NCBI GenBank assembly: GCA_951406725.2
Contig: OX597831.1
Coordinates: forward strand, 31,186,001-31,250,000
Source: Octopus vulgaris
Taxonomy: Eukaryota
Direction: 5' to 3'
DNA length: 64,000 nt
Shown piece by piece: positions 30,856-43,682 of the stretch. Below the pieces are notes generated by a model. That model had not been told where the DNA came from. It made no database searches and worked only from the letters and a program-made list of their open reading frames with translations. Both the position numbers and the translations under genes were made by a program. How positions within the stretch are numbered: the first letter of the stretch is position 1; the number at the start of each line of letters is the position of its first letter.

Positions 30856-31346
30856 GAATATATTGTATAAAAGATCGTAGGTAAGAGTAAAACAATGCGA
30901 AGTAAATGCAAAGTAAATCACAAGAAAACAAATATATGAATTAATGCAGACTTACCTTGTATTCAATATTTTGGGGTTATGACCCTATTTTCAAGAAATT
31001 GACGAATGTTTCCGATGTACGTGTGTGTGAGCGTGAGTGGAGTGGACATGCGCAGAGGGGTGTTGCTATAGCAACCAGCTAGCTTCCTGTAACTCCCGAA
31101 AGAAACCCAAGATCAATAATAGAAGGGAATTACAGGAAGCTAGCTGGTGGCTATAGCAACACCCTCATGCGCATGTGCACTCCATACATGCTCACACACA
31201 CGCACATCGGCAACATTCGTCAATTTCTTGAAAATGGGCTCATAATCCCGAAATATTGAATACAAGTTAAGTCTACGTTAATTCACATTTGTTTTCTTGT
31301 GAGTTACCCTGTATTTACTACCCACGAACTTTTATACAATATTTTC
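30856..31346. repeat. Long inverted repeat (~220-bp arms, 27-nt spacer)
   Basis: Arms 30856-31097 and 31125-31346 are reverse complements with scattered mismatches and one ~20-bp indel. Confidence 0.92.
31225..31260 (+). ncRNA. Minimal hammerhead variant (U3-A8)
   Basis: TTC TTGAAAA T GGG[CTCATAAT]CCC GAAA TA TT GAA. Confidence 0.5.
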
Positions 31347-31689
31347 TACACAATGCTTCACAGTAATTATATATACATTTGTTGCTCTACAGTCTTATAA
31401 ATTATTCACATAGTCAAGAAGCTAAGAGAATATGATGTAATCTTGACGTACTTGCTCTGTTGTATTTTAATTGTTTCAGTTCTTCTTACTGATCTACGTA
31501 AAGATTAACCCTCTTTCTGTCACAGGTTTCACTTAATACACTACGATACCCACAATTACGCACTCATATATACATACCCTGACTAACACGCGCGCGCGCA
31601 TGCATACATTTATCTCCAACTTAATTTAGTCAACAATATATTCACCAAACCCTGTATATACACATGTTCAGTTGTTTTACAAGGTGCAC

Positions 31690-32890
31690 CTCAGAAGTTT
31701 TCAGTCTTTCTCAGGAGAAACAATTATTAATTTCAAAGACGTACAAAACTCTAATCCCTTTCAAAGTAGGATCTCTGACGTCAATAGGCTTGTAGTTACT
31801 CTAGCCACTTTGTGAAGGCCCCTTGGAGGTCCTACAAAGTGAAAGTGCCCCGGACGCTTTTCACAGTCTCCTTCATATTCTCAATGTCTTCATATTCTCA
31901 ATGACTGCCGCTAAAGTTCTCCATCTGATTGGGGATCAACCAAGAGTCACAGACAGTTAGGAGGGTGAAGAAGAGTTTTATTGCCCATCTTTGTCAAGTA
32001 GTTTGTAACTAGGATAGAATTGTGGATTAGGGTATTACTCTGGTATAGGATCCACTGAGTGGAAGAGTTCTGACCTTTTGCAACGTAATCTCTTCTTGAA
32101 TTGCCTCAAAACCTCAACAGAGTACTCTTTGTTGACCGTCTGACCAAAGGGAACCAGTAAATGTAGATGATACCTTTATTTCCGAGAAAGGGTCTCATCA
32201 TGAGCTTGCCAGTGTACTTGCTTTGCTGGACATTCTTGGATCTGGGGGGAACCAGGCTTCTTCTACTGGACTTTCTGTCTTCTGTTCTTTGGACCATATC
32301 TGTAGATCCAGCTTTCGTCACAAGTCACCAGAGACTCAAGTACTCTTGAATTGGAGGTAATGAGTTCAACCATGCGCTTGTTGTCGCCAATGCGTTTTCC
32401 CCTTCTGTTCGTCACTAAGAATCCTAGGAACTAACTATGCACAAATTCTTGCGCATGTGCAGCTCTTCATCAATAATTTTGTAAGCGCTTGCCATACCAA
32501 CTCCAAACTGTATTTTTATCGTCTTTATAGACAAACGACGGTCTTCGTCCAGAAAATCGCGTATTTTCTCATCCAGCTCTGATGTTCTGACGTCCTTCTC
32601 CCTCCCACACTTTTCATCATCTCTCTGCCATCATTGAAGCGCTTGTGTCATCAGAAACAGACGCTCGCCTCATATCAGTTAACCTAGCAACCGTCTGGAG
32701 TATTTCACAAGTTTCTGTAGCTATTTTGCCCAGTTTAACATAAAACATTATTGTATTGTGAGCTTCCAAATTGTCTTCACGTCCCGTCTTTATTCTGCAA
32801 AGTAGTCAACTGTGACAAGCGACGCTTAGTAGGCTATGTTCAAAGCACTGTTACAATCTGGAAGAAAAATTTCGCATTTTAGCTTATTAA
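31690..32890 (-). mobile_element. Decayed mariner transposon
   Basis: Translates to LVTCDESWIYRY, KGIIYIYW, GQTVNKEY and LLHPP mariner catalytic motifs, with disablements. Confidence 0.8.
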
Positions 32891-32984
32891 ATGTATAGTA
32901 GTGATGTGCTTTCAAAATTATGATAATCTCGGACGGTTATAACTGCCTCTATTAAAGAAGTCTCATAAACTCTAGATGCACTTC

Positions 32985-33056
<72 letters not shown>

Positions 33057-33060
33057 TAAC

Positions 33061-33590
33061 AATTTCTTTTAAAGATTTTATCCTCAATTGTTAATTTATA
33101 TTTTTCACCGGAATAGTTCAATACTAAATTTTTATTCCGACTAGGCAATTTGTTACCGAAATGCATTGCGAAAAAGCCCGCCATTTTCATAGATATGTAA
33201 GGATAAACATTCGTACAAGCTACGACGAATTCTACGGTTGGCTATCGAGTTTGTAATGTTATGTTTTTTCTTATATTTCTTGAGTTTGTTGCACTGACGA
33301 ACATGAAATGCATATTCTGCATTAAATGCGAAATCACATGTGATATGTAACTGAATTCTTTTTTAAAATGATGTGTTTTGAAGTTTTGCATTCGGTAAAA
33401 TTTTGTTTATTTTTAGTAGTTTTGACCGCATTGTTCCCTCTTAGCGTGTTGGTATCTACGAATAGTAGTACCCTCAATATAATATAAATGAATATTTTCA
33501 AAGAGGAAGAATTTACGGATTTTTTCTCTTACGAGGTTTTTCACGCTGACTACTGATAATTTCTTTTAAAGATTTTATCCTCAATTGTTA
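33061..33590 (+). mobile_element. ~500-bp hammerhead-bearing unit with 33-bp terminal direct repeats, in (TA)n
   Basis: AATTTCTTTTAAAGATTTTATCCTCAATTGTTA at 33061-33093 and 33558-33590. Confidence 0.75.
33288..33351 (+). ncRNA. Type I hammerhead ribozyme
   Basis: Stem I GTTGCA/TGTAAC; core CTGACGA; stem II CAT-GA-AATGCA[TATTC]TGCATT-AA-ATG; GAAA; palindromic stem III ATCACATGTGAT; AUA cleavage triplet. The 10.1-11.1 pair is an A-C mismatch. Confidence 0.8.
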
Positions 33591-33631
33591 TATATATATA
33601 TATATATATATATTATGTATATTATAGATAA

Positions 33632-33743
<112 letters not shown>

Positions 33744-33904
33744 GAAAGAGAGAGAGAGAAAGAGAAAGATATATATATATATACAGAGAAAAGAGAGAGA
33801 GAGAAAGAGAAAGTGATTTTAACGATGGAACACAAGTAGGTAAAACTGTCAATAAAAGTGTGTAAATATTGAGTTTTAAAAAATCTCTATAATTGACAAA
33901 GGTG

Positions 33905-33980
33905 AAGATCACTCATAGGACTCGAACCCACATCCTCTGTAAACATGGCAGACATTCTACCATTGTACCAAAGAATCCTT
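33905..33980 (-). pseudogene. tRNA-like pseudogene or SINE head
   Basis: A box TGGTACAATGG and B box GGTTCGAGTCC at tRNA spacing; acceptor stem imperfect. Confidence 0.55.
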
Positions 33981-34049
33981 CGAACGTCATCCGTTTTAGA
34001 TGCTCTTTTTCATGATGTGGTATAAACATATACATACATACATACCTGC

Positions 34050-34096
<47 letters not shown>

Positions 34097-34799
34097 TGTG
34101 TGCGTGCACAAGTGAAAACAGAAATTCACGCGTTCGCTCACCTACACAATAGCCTGCAAACGTACATTCACACATATACGCGGTGATGCATACGCGTGTC
34201 GACACAACACACACAAACTTACATTCATATACGATTATCTAGTCGAAGTTCTTTAAATTCTACCCAAAGAACCTCGATCTTTGGTCGGAAACTTGTTTCT
34301 TCCTCAATTAGAGAGGAAAAAAATGACGAATAAAACCAGAACAACATACATAGATAAGTCAACTCAGTATGCGGGATATATGTAATTAGCACCTATGTGA
34401 AGACATCTCGTTTACAAAATACTTCAGCTCCAGAATGGAGATAAGATTGCATGAGAATAACGTCTAAATAAGCATCAACGCATCGCATATATTTTTAGCT
34501 TACATATGATGCTATGTATCATTATGTAAGATTATGCATCTAAAGAAATGATAGAGTAGCAAACCAAATTCGTTGCTGAATTTATTTGTGACTCTTTATT
34601 TTTATGTTCTCGGTTCAAATCCAGCTGAGGCCAATATCCCCTTTTGTCCTTCAATGGTTAATAATATAAATAATAATCATGTATTAGAGTTGGTTTAATC
34701 GAGTATTTTCTTTACCCTCATTTGCGGCTTTGTCCCTATCTTTGTCCCTACGTTTGACCCTGTGTTAGCAATCAGTATACATCATTGATCATACCAATT

Positions 34800-35435
34800 A
34801 TCACACCACAGAAAGGATATCTATGTTGTCACTCGGCTAGCTAGAAATAGCAGCTGTTTTCTCCTCGAATCACACGCCAAAGAAGCAGATCCTACCTAGT
34901 CACACAACCAGCAGCTCTATTTCTTTCGCATGACACACAAAAGAAAGAGCTTTTACGTAGTCAAATAGCCAGCTAAAAATAGCAGCCACATTTCCTTGAG
35001 CCACACAACACAGAAAGAGCCTTTACGTAATTACGCAGCTAGGTAGAAAAGGTAACAGTATTTCCCTCACATCACACACCATAGAAATAGACCCTACGTA
35101 GTTGCACAGCCACTCTAGAGATAACAACTCTATTTGCCCCACGTCACACACCAAAGAAAGAGTCTCAACGTACTTACACAGCTAGCCAGAAATAGCAGCT
35201 GTGTTTCCCTCAAATCACACAGCAAAGAAATAGCTTCAACGTAGTCACACAGCCAGCTAAAAATAGCAGCTGTATTCCCCTCACATCACACACCACAAAA
35301 AGATAATTTACGTAGTCACACATCCAGCGAGATATAATAGCAGTATTTTTCTCGAATTCCACACCACAGACATTGCCTCTGCACAGCCACTCGGGTAGCT
35401 AAATATAGAGCTTATTTACCTCGAATCATACACTG
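34800..35435 (+). repeat. Diverged ~70-bp tandem satellite, about 9 units
   Basis: Recurring TCACAC..AGAAA....ACGTAGTCACACAGCCAGCTA.AAATAGCAGCT.TATTTCCCTC. Confidence 0.85.
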
Positions 35436-36032
35436 TTATTATAAAGGGTGAAAGGACAGAGGGTAAAGTAAACCTCTAGGCTTGTAAGAAATACGGTTTG
35501 ATATGACTAAAGCATCATGGATCTGCTCAACCAAGTTGATGGCTGAAGAAGAAGAAGAAGAAGAAGAAGAAGAAGAAGAAGAAGAAGAAGAACAACAACA
35601 ACAACAACAACAACAACAACGACAACGGAGACGAAGACGACGATGACAACAACAACAACACGTTCTGCTTGACTCATGAAGCATGATTCTACATGGTCGT
35701 TCGATCTCCTAACAATAGGAACCAACTTTCCTGAAATCATACGCAGCTGTCTTAACAATGATACATTGAATAATTCAGTGATGGTTACATTATGCCTGAG
35801 TCGGGACAGTCATGGCCGTAACGCCTTTAATCAAAGACCTGATCGATGAGACTCGACCAGAAGCTAAACAGTAATTCGTGTACTGTTTGATGCTACAAAT
35901 GTAATTACATTATAAGTTACAAATGGAAGTCTTAACGTTTAAAAGTTGCGAATGTCCTATCTTTGTGATTCGTTCAACTTACTTTGATTTTCTTTTTGTA
36001 GGAAAGAAAATCGTGTCTAACCTATTTCCTAC

Positions 36033-36078
<46 letters not shown>

Positions 36079-36096
36079 CTGGTGGTGGTTGAAGTG

Positions 36097-36141
<45 letters not shown>

Positions 36142-36551
36142 ATAATAATACTGGTGGTGGTGGTGGTTGAAGTAGCTGATAGAATTGTTATTGCGCTGAG
36201 CAAAAAGCTTAACAGCATTTCGTCCGTCCTCATGTTCTGAGTTCAAATCCCACGGAATTCGACTTAACCTTTCGTTCTTTCAATGTCAATGAAATAACCA
36301 CGAGCTCCGCTCGAAACGTGGGATCTTCTTTCTTTTCTTTATCTTCCTGAGCGTCCAATAACACAGTACTTGTACCACGTCCTCGCGTTGTTGTCTTTGC
36401 TTGCTTGTTCTTCTTTGGATTGACTATATATATTGTTATATATATATATATTTATAAATGAGGGTGAAAAATTGATATTAATTCAATAATACCATTAATT
36501 TAACACCGAGTGGCTTAGCACAAAAAAAAAACTACGGAGAAAATACAAATT

Positions 36552-36918
36552 TATACATAAATTATTAGAGAGTTAACCACTATGTGGATAACTCTACTGC
36601 TAAAAATAGCCCCGATAGTACAGCCACAGAAAAAGATGTTTCCAATTAGAAATAACATACATTTAACGGAAGGAAAGTGAAATATAACGAATAAATAGAT
36701 TGACCCTGAACAAATTGTTTCATTACTAATGTAATATGTAATTTTACTTACATAAACATCTATAAATCATCAGCAGAGATTTGTCTTAAATACAATCTAT
36801 TAGACAGACACGAGCGTCAAAAACACGTGCGGTTTAACGAATTGCATTTTTAGGCTGTACTATCGGGGCTATTTTTAGCGCTAGAGTTATCCACATAGTG
36901 GTTAACTCTCTAATAATT

Positions 36919-36926
<8 letters not shown>
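36552..36926. repeat. Inverted repeat (~74-bp arms)
   Basis: 36552-36625 versus 36853-36926, near-identical. Confidence 0.92.
36704..36778 (-). ncRNA. Type I hammerhead ribozyme
   Basis: CTCTG CTGATGA [long stem II with TATGTAA/TTACATA] GAAA CAATTTG TT CAGGG. Confidence 0.7.
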
Positions 36927-36959
<33 letters not shown>

Positions 36960-36961
<2 letters not shown>

Positions 36962-37165
36962 GTAGCAGGATGTATTACCACCCCGGGAAAAATGCTTAGT
37001 AGCACTTCTTCCGACTTCGCGTTCTAATTTCAAATGCCGCCGGCTTCGACTTTGCTTTTCGTACTTTTGGAGTTGATAAAATAAGTACCAGTTGAAGACT
37101 GAGGTCGATGTAGTCGACTTACCTCCTTCCCCAAAATTGCTGGCGTTGTTCATACTTTGAAATTA
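36960..37165 (+). mobile_element. Decayed family C SINE
   Basis: GACTTTGCTTTTC..GATAAAATAAGTACCAGTTG..GGTCGATGTAGTCGAC. Further decayed copies near 2170, 20680, 29460, 34600, 36170, 57120(-) and 58070. Confidence 0.7.
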
Positions 37166-38225
37166 ATACTATTCAACTAAGCCAGTATTTGAATAATATT
37201 CATAAGACAGCAATTTACTCCCATGCATCATCTTTCAGGGCTTGTCGCTATTTCAGTTCCAAACCAAATTGAGAACTGTTAACATTTTTGAAGAGGACTT
37301 GTCCCTAGCTACATTTGGGCATAAAAACATTTAGATTTTTGTCCAGTAAAAAAATGTTTACATCAAAATTTGTAGCAATATTATAGGAGAGTAAGTAACG
37401 CCACCAGATCTAATTTTAAATCTAAGTAACTTTTTATTTGAAAAGCAAAATATATTTATCTTGGCTTCAATGATAGACAAAGGCATGAAGAATTTCATAG
37501 TTTTGGTCCTATGCAACAAAAATTTGTATCAAAAATGTTGTGAGATAAAATATCATGAAAAAAATATTGTAAGGTAAAACAACTGGATTTAAGTATAATT
37601 GATTTTTTTGATTTTTAAAACGAACTATATTTTAATTAAGCTTAAATGACAAGACTTAATTTGTGGAATTTCATGGTATCAATCTCATGCAATTAAGTCT
37701 TAATAGAAAAAAGTTATGAGTGTTTGTTTCTCAAATTTGATGGTGATAATGTAGATCTATATTTTTTTATGAATATAGTTCTAATGGACTTTTAATATAT
37801 GTCACCGGCGTCATTGAGCTAAGGAAAAGAATTATCACGACACCGCTAACTGACACATTTAATACATTATTAATTAGCATAATAGCATAGCCTGGAAAAA
37901 ACATGGATTACATGGGAAAACGCGAGCAAGAGAAATAATATTCTTAAGATTAAAAACCTGGAAAATTACAGGACAAATTACTACACTTGGAAAAGCTCAG
38001 GACAAGTTATTACGTCTGGTAAAGTCCAGAAGAAAATAATTTTTAGTTAAAATATTGCAGCTAAGGATAAAATTTGAATATTAAAAATTATTTTATTTTA
38101 ATTTACAAAGTAACATTATAATTAAAAAAAGGACAAGAATTTTGTTAAAATATTGACACACTAGAATACTTAAAAAATGAGAGCCAGAAATACCAATATA
38201 GTTAATGTTTTATGCAAAGTAGAAT

Positions 38226-38640
38226 AGGCACAGGAGTGGCTGTCTGGTAAGTAGCTTGCTAACCAACCACATGGTTCCGGGTTCAGTCCCACTGCGTGGC
38301 ATCTTGGGCAAGTGTCTTCTGCTATAGCCCCGGGCCGACCAATGCCTTGTGAGTGGATTTGGTAGACGGAAACTGAAAGAAGCCTGTCGTATATATGTAT
38401 ATATATATATATGTGTGTTTGTGTGTCTGTGTTTGTCCCTCTAGCATTGCTTGACAACCGATGCTGGTGTGTTTACGTCCCCGTCACTTAGCGGTTCGGT
38501 AAAAGAGACCGATAGAATAAGTACTGGGCTTACAAAGAATAAGTCCTGGGGTCGAGTTGCTCGATTAAAGGCGGTGCTCCAGCATGGCCGCAGTCAAGTG
38601 ACTGAAACAAGTAAAAGAGTAAAAGAGAGTAAAAGAGTAT
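38226..38640 (+). mobile_element. tRNA-derived SINE, family A (full length)
   Basis: Head AGGCACAGGAGTGGCTGTCTGGTAAG..GGTTCAGTCCC; tail (GTAAAAGA)n. Confidence 0.9.
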
Positions 38641-39149
38641 ATATGATAGGCAAATACATTATGTAGAAAATAGGCATTGGGTCAAGACTAAAAATGTGAA
38701 GACTTGGCAATAATTTTGGCAAGAACTCAAGAAAATTTTACGGTGAATTTGTTGTTATAGGTAGATTTTGCTGTAACATATAACTTTTTTGTATTATTCT
38801 ACTTATTGTACTAACTAATTATATACAACTATTTTTTATTATCTATTTTCAAATTTCTAATTATTAATTATTAATTATTAATTAAATAATGAATTTCTTT
38901 AAAGTGCAAAAAATATTTTGAGTAATTTTTTTTTTATTTTTAACAGATGTAACAAGTAATAACAAATAGAAGTAATAACTTGTAATAAAATTTTTAATTT
39001 TAATAAAAGCTAATATTCTCTAAATCTAAATATTGTATTTGAAATTATATCCTTAGCTGCAATATTTTAAGTAAAAAAATTTCTTGTTCTGGACTTTATC
39101 CATATTTATAATCTTAATATATATATTTACAAAAAATATACATACATAC

Positions 39150-39198
<49 letters not shown>

Positions 39199-39207
39199 TA
39201 CATACAT

Positions 39208-39373
<166 letters not shown>

Positions 39374-39769
39374 TACACATTTACATTTATATTTATATAT
39401 ATATAATTCAGAGCCGTTACAGCACATACAATATGTAATTTATGTAAAACTACTAAGGTTTCCCACTGCGGAAATACAGTTCAGCCACTAACATTTCGGT
39501 ACATTCCAGCATACATCTACATATATACACAGACTCCTACATTACAACAATACCAATGGTAAGTTTACGTGACACAATCAATATTCAGTAGTATCTAGTT
39601 ACATACATTGCAATTACATGCTTAGCTCCGCACAGCAGCTAAATAAATTCCCCCCTCAATTTCCTAAAAGATAGTTCTGTAATTTCTTGCTGAAGAACTG
39701 GCACAAATGATTTGTTTATAGTGATCAAATGTTTTCGTTATACATATTAGTCCTGACAGGTGCACGGTG

Positions 39770-39915
39770 TAGCGTATGTCAGGTGTCGAAGTGACCGCAG
39801 AGCAACGTGAGGTGCCGTAATTTGTTCAAGAGCACAACCCGCCTTTCGATCCAGGAATTGAAATTACAATCTCGAAATTGTGAAGGCAATACCCTAACCA
39901 CTAGTCCATCTACCC
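39770..39915 (-). mobile_element. Decayed tRNA-SINE 5' part
   Basis: CTAGTGGTTAGGG..AATTCCTGGATCG..CTCTTGAACAA. Confidence 0.6.
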
Positions 39916-39920
39916 TCACG

Positions 39921-40001
<81 letters not shown>

Positions 40002-40074
40002 CCATGTTGATTCGCTAGCTTCTGCAGGCATTTTTTCTCTCTCCTTGTTTCTTTCCGTGTTTCTTTTCTGTGTA

Positions 40075-40112
40075 TCTTTCCGTTGAAGAGCGTAGGCTTG
40101 AAACGTAAAAGA
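40075..40112 (+). ncRNA. Degenerate minimal hammerhead
   Basis: TCTTT CCGTTGA A GAGC[GTAG]GCTT GAAAC GTA AAAGA; two core mismatches. Confidence 0.5.
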
Positions 40113-40209
40113 CTTGTTTTATTTATATTCCTGAGCGCCATACTAATACAATAGTTTGTTTGTATTCCACCTGCCTTCGTCTTTTGTTTATTTTCATAAA
40201 GCTTCCCGT

Positions 40210-40238
<29 letters not shown>

Positions 40239-40240
<2 letters not shown>

Positions 40241-40863
40241 AAAAATTCTATAAATATAAGCTTAATTATAATTGGGGTTCAGCAAATTGCTTCACCACAT
40301 ACCGAAATTTAGAAATAGCAGTTAAATACTATTCCACTACCATAAGATATCTCCCAGAAAGCAATACTCTCAACTTACGTAGGTAAAGAGAAAAAATAAC
40401 GAATCCACCCGAATTTGATCAACTACATACGCGTTTCTGGATTAAAGAGATGTAAAATTTATTTTTACTCTCTTATTTCCGTCTTTAGTGTAATATTTCA
40501 ATTATAAATTTCAATTATATGTAAAATTTATTTTTACTCACTTATTTCCGTTTTCAGTGCAGTATTTCAGTTATAAATTTCAGTTATATAATTTATATTT
40601 GAAATACTGCACTGAAGACGGAAATAAGTGAATAAAACTAAATTTTACATCTCTCTAATCCAGAAATGCGTATGTGGTTGATCAAAGGCAGGTGGATTCG
40701 TTATTTTTTCTCTTTACCTACGTGAGTTGAGAGTATTGCTCTCTGGGAATTAGCTTATGGTAGTGGAATGGTATTTAACAGCTATTTCTAAATTTTGGTA
40801 TGTTGTGAAGCAATTTTTGCTGAACCCTAATTATAATTAAGCTTATAATTATAGAATTTTTGT
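40239..40863. repeat. Long inverted repeat with ~69-bp tandem duplication in the left arm
   Basis: Arms pair from 40239/40863 inward; 40450-40518 is repeated at 40519-40587. Confidence 0.92.
40606..40678 (+). ncRNA. Minimal type I hammerhead ribozyme
   Basis: ACTGCA CTGAAGA C GGA..TCC A GAAA TGCG TA TGTGGT. The inverted partner at 40422-40494(-) reads GAAACGCGTA but has core CTAAAGA. Confidence 0.7.
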
Positions 40864-40994
40864 ATAAGTTTACCGATAATGGTTCTTTTAACATACCGAA
40901 CTACATGGTAAAATTATTAATTATTAATTAATTAATTAATTTTACTCTTTATTATTATTATTGATAAGATCTAGATATATATATGTGTGTGTGT

Positions 40995-41256
40995 GTATGC
41001 ACTCACGATTACATGATCGTGGGTTCGATCCTCAGACCGGGTGTTCTTGAGCAAATCACTTCATTTCACGTTGCTCGGCGATCATTTCGTCATTTGATAT
41101 GTGGCATATGGTACACCTGTACAGGTAATGTCGATTTGATAGAGGGAGTGAGTCTATGTGTACTCAAACATTTGATCACTATAAACATATCATCAGAGTA
41201 GTTGTTCGTCAAGAAGTTGCCGAACCCTCATACATCGTCCAACGACGGGAGAGTCC
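40995..41256 (+). mobile_element. Decayed tRNA-SINE
   Basis: GGGTTCGATCC..GTTCTTGAGCAAATCACTTCATTTCACG..CAACGACGGGAG. Confidence 0.6.
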
Positions 41257-41327
41257 GTGATATATATACATATATACATATATATGTGTGTATGTGTGTG
41301 TGTGTATAATTATTTTATATGTATATA

Positions 41328-41358
<31 letters not shown>

Positions 41359-41361
<3 letters not shown>

Positions 41362-41752
41362 CGCTGGAATGGCTGTGTGGTAAGTAGCTTGCTAACCAGC
41401 CACATGGTTCCGGGTTCAGTCTCACAGTGTGGCACCTTTGCCAAGTATTTTCTATTATAGTCTCGGGCCGACCAAAGCCGTGTGAGTGGATTTGGCAGGC
41501 AGAAACTGAAAGAAGCCCGTCGTATATATGTATGAATGTGTGTGTGTTTGTGTGTGTCTGTGTTTGTCGCCCCCCCCCCCACAACATCGCTTGACAACCG
41601 ATGCTGGTGTGTTTACGTTCCTGTAACTTAGCGGTTCAGCAAAAGTCACCGATAGAATAAGTACTAGGCTTATAAAGAATAAAGTCGATTTGCTCGACTA
41701 AAGGCGGTGCTCCAGCATGGCCGCAGTCAAATGACTGAAACAAGTAAAAGAA
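41359..41752 (+). mobile_element. tRNA-derived SINE, family A
   Basis: Colinear with 38226-38640. Confidence 0.9.
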
Positions 41753-43682
41753 TATATACATATGTTTTTATGTATGTATGTATGTATGTATATATACTCC
41801 TTGTACATTGTATTAGACCTGAGCTGCTGCGCTCTCTCTTTGTCTTCTACAAATCCTGTTATATGCACATACCCCTCTATCTGATTATGCACACCATATG
41901 GAATGGTTTCTTAATTGTAAATTTATTAGGCCTGGACACATTAAAAAATAATTTATACTGCTTCACTAATCACATTCAAATGTTAGACACAGATTTTGTG
42001 CAGTCAGAAATTTTATTGTGTCTATGAATACGCCACATCAGAACAAGGCCTACGTCGGTTAGTAACAATATGATGACTAGTAGAATATTCTGTTCTTTTG
42101 CTAAAAGAAACCAGACAGAGACGACTGCTTGAACTCTAGTAATATTCAATTTTATGTTACAACTAATCAATATCTATTGGATTCGTTAAATATTGCTGCT
42201 AGAACATTGCCATTGTTTCCTGCCAAAGACTCTCAGCACCTTTAACAAAAATAAATCACTAAGCAAATAGTTTCAAAATAGAAGTCATTCTAACGAAGAA
42301 ATCCGAACTTTATTTCTTCAAACATTCTTGAAAGAAAAGCAATTAATTGTAACATGTTCTTAACGTCTCTCTTCTCTTACTCTGTTTTTCTTTCTCGAGT
42401 AGCTTCACTTCATATGGCGTTAGAACAGTTAAAACCGACATTGGAAAAGGTAAATAGGTAAAGCAAAATTAGAATAAGAGTAGAACTTATTTCGCATTAT
42501 CTATTAAATAAATTTACTAACTCCGCATCACCTGATATAGTAAATCTTATTAGTTTCGCTGTGCAACGTTTTTCTGTCGTCTGCTTGTCTCCGTTCTGTC
42601 TCTTATCACCAACATAACTCTGCCAAATGAAAATTTCATTTTCTTTTTCGAATCAATAAGTAACTTATGCTATTCTGTATTCATACAGTCTGTTGGATGT
42701 TTAGAATAACTCTGGCAATTGTCCCTATAATTTAGTATTGCTTCCTGTCTAATAATATATTTGTAATAGACCGAATATTCTTTTTCTTCGAAACGTACAA
42801 ATTCTTTATTTCATTTCTTCTTTGTACAACATCTCTTTTGTAGACAGTACCATCTTAGAAACATGGTCGCGATTTTGTCAAAATTCCAAAATCGATTTGC
42901 ATATGAGTGTGTGAGTGAGAGGGAAAGAGAGGGAGAGAGTGAGAGAGAGGGAGAGAGGGGGAGAGTGAGAGAGAGATTACTGGCTTTGTGAATATGTGGA
43001 TTATGAGCTATTATAAATAGGATTTTTTTCCATGCGGTATATCGAAGACAAGACATACAAAATTAAGCTAACGGGGGCAGACTATACTTGTAGCGGGATT
43101 GAACTTGCTAATTATTCGATGTATTCATGCTCAATGAGTGAAGCGAGTGAGAGCTATAACACTGTTGTAATTATACCACAGTACCAAGAATGAGATACGA
43201 ACCACCAACCTTAGTGTATCATGTCGACAATCGACAACTTGAAGATTACACTCCACTGTCTTTCCCTTTCCCTTTTTCTTCCTCTATCTTTCTTACCCCC
43301 TCTCTTTCTTTTACATACACACATGCATACGCGCACACACACACGCACGTACACACATACACACGCGTGCCATTACACATGTAATGTGAGAAACTATCCA
43401 ATCGAATACAAGTTATCTACCTATTTGGTGAATGTCCTTCGCATTACGTAATATCTTTCCCGTGAAAAGAAAAGAAATAAGTGACTAACAGGAAAAAATC
43501 GAAATAACGAAAAATGGAGAGAAGTGGAGTACAAGGAGGAGGAGGAGGAGGAGGAGGAGGAGGGGGGGATTAGGAGGAGAGCTGGATATATATAGAAGGA
43601 AAAAGAGAGAGCGGGATAGAGAAAGTGATGAGAGAGGAATGTGAAAAATGGAAGAATAATTTCTGTAAATATTCTAAGCGCA

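Noticed and set aside
34800-35435. CRISPR-like array
   Set aside because: Whole units are homologous, there are no unique spacers or cas genes, and the context is eukaryotic.
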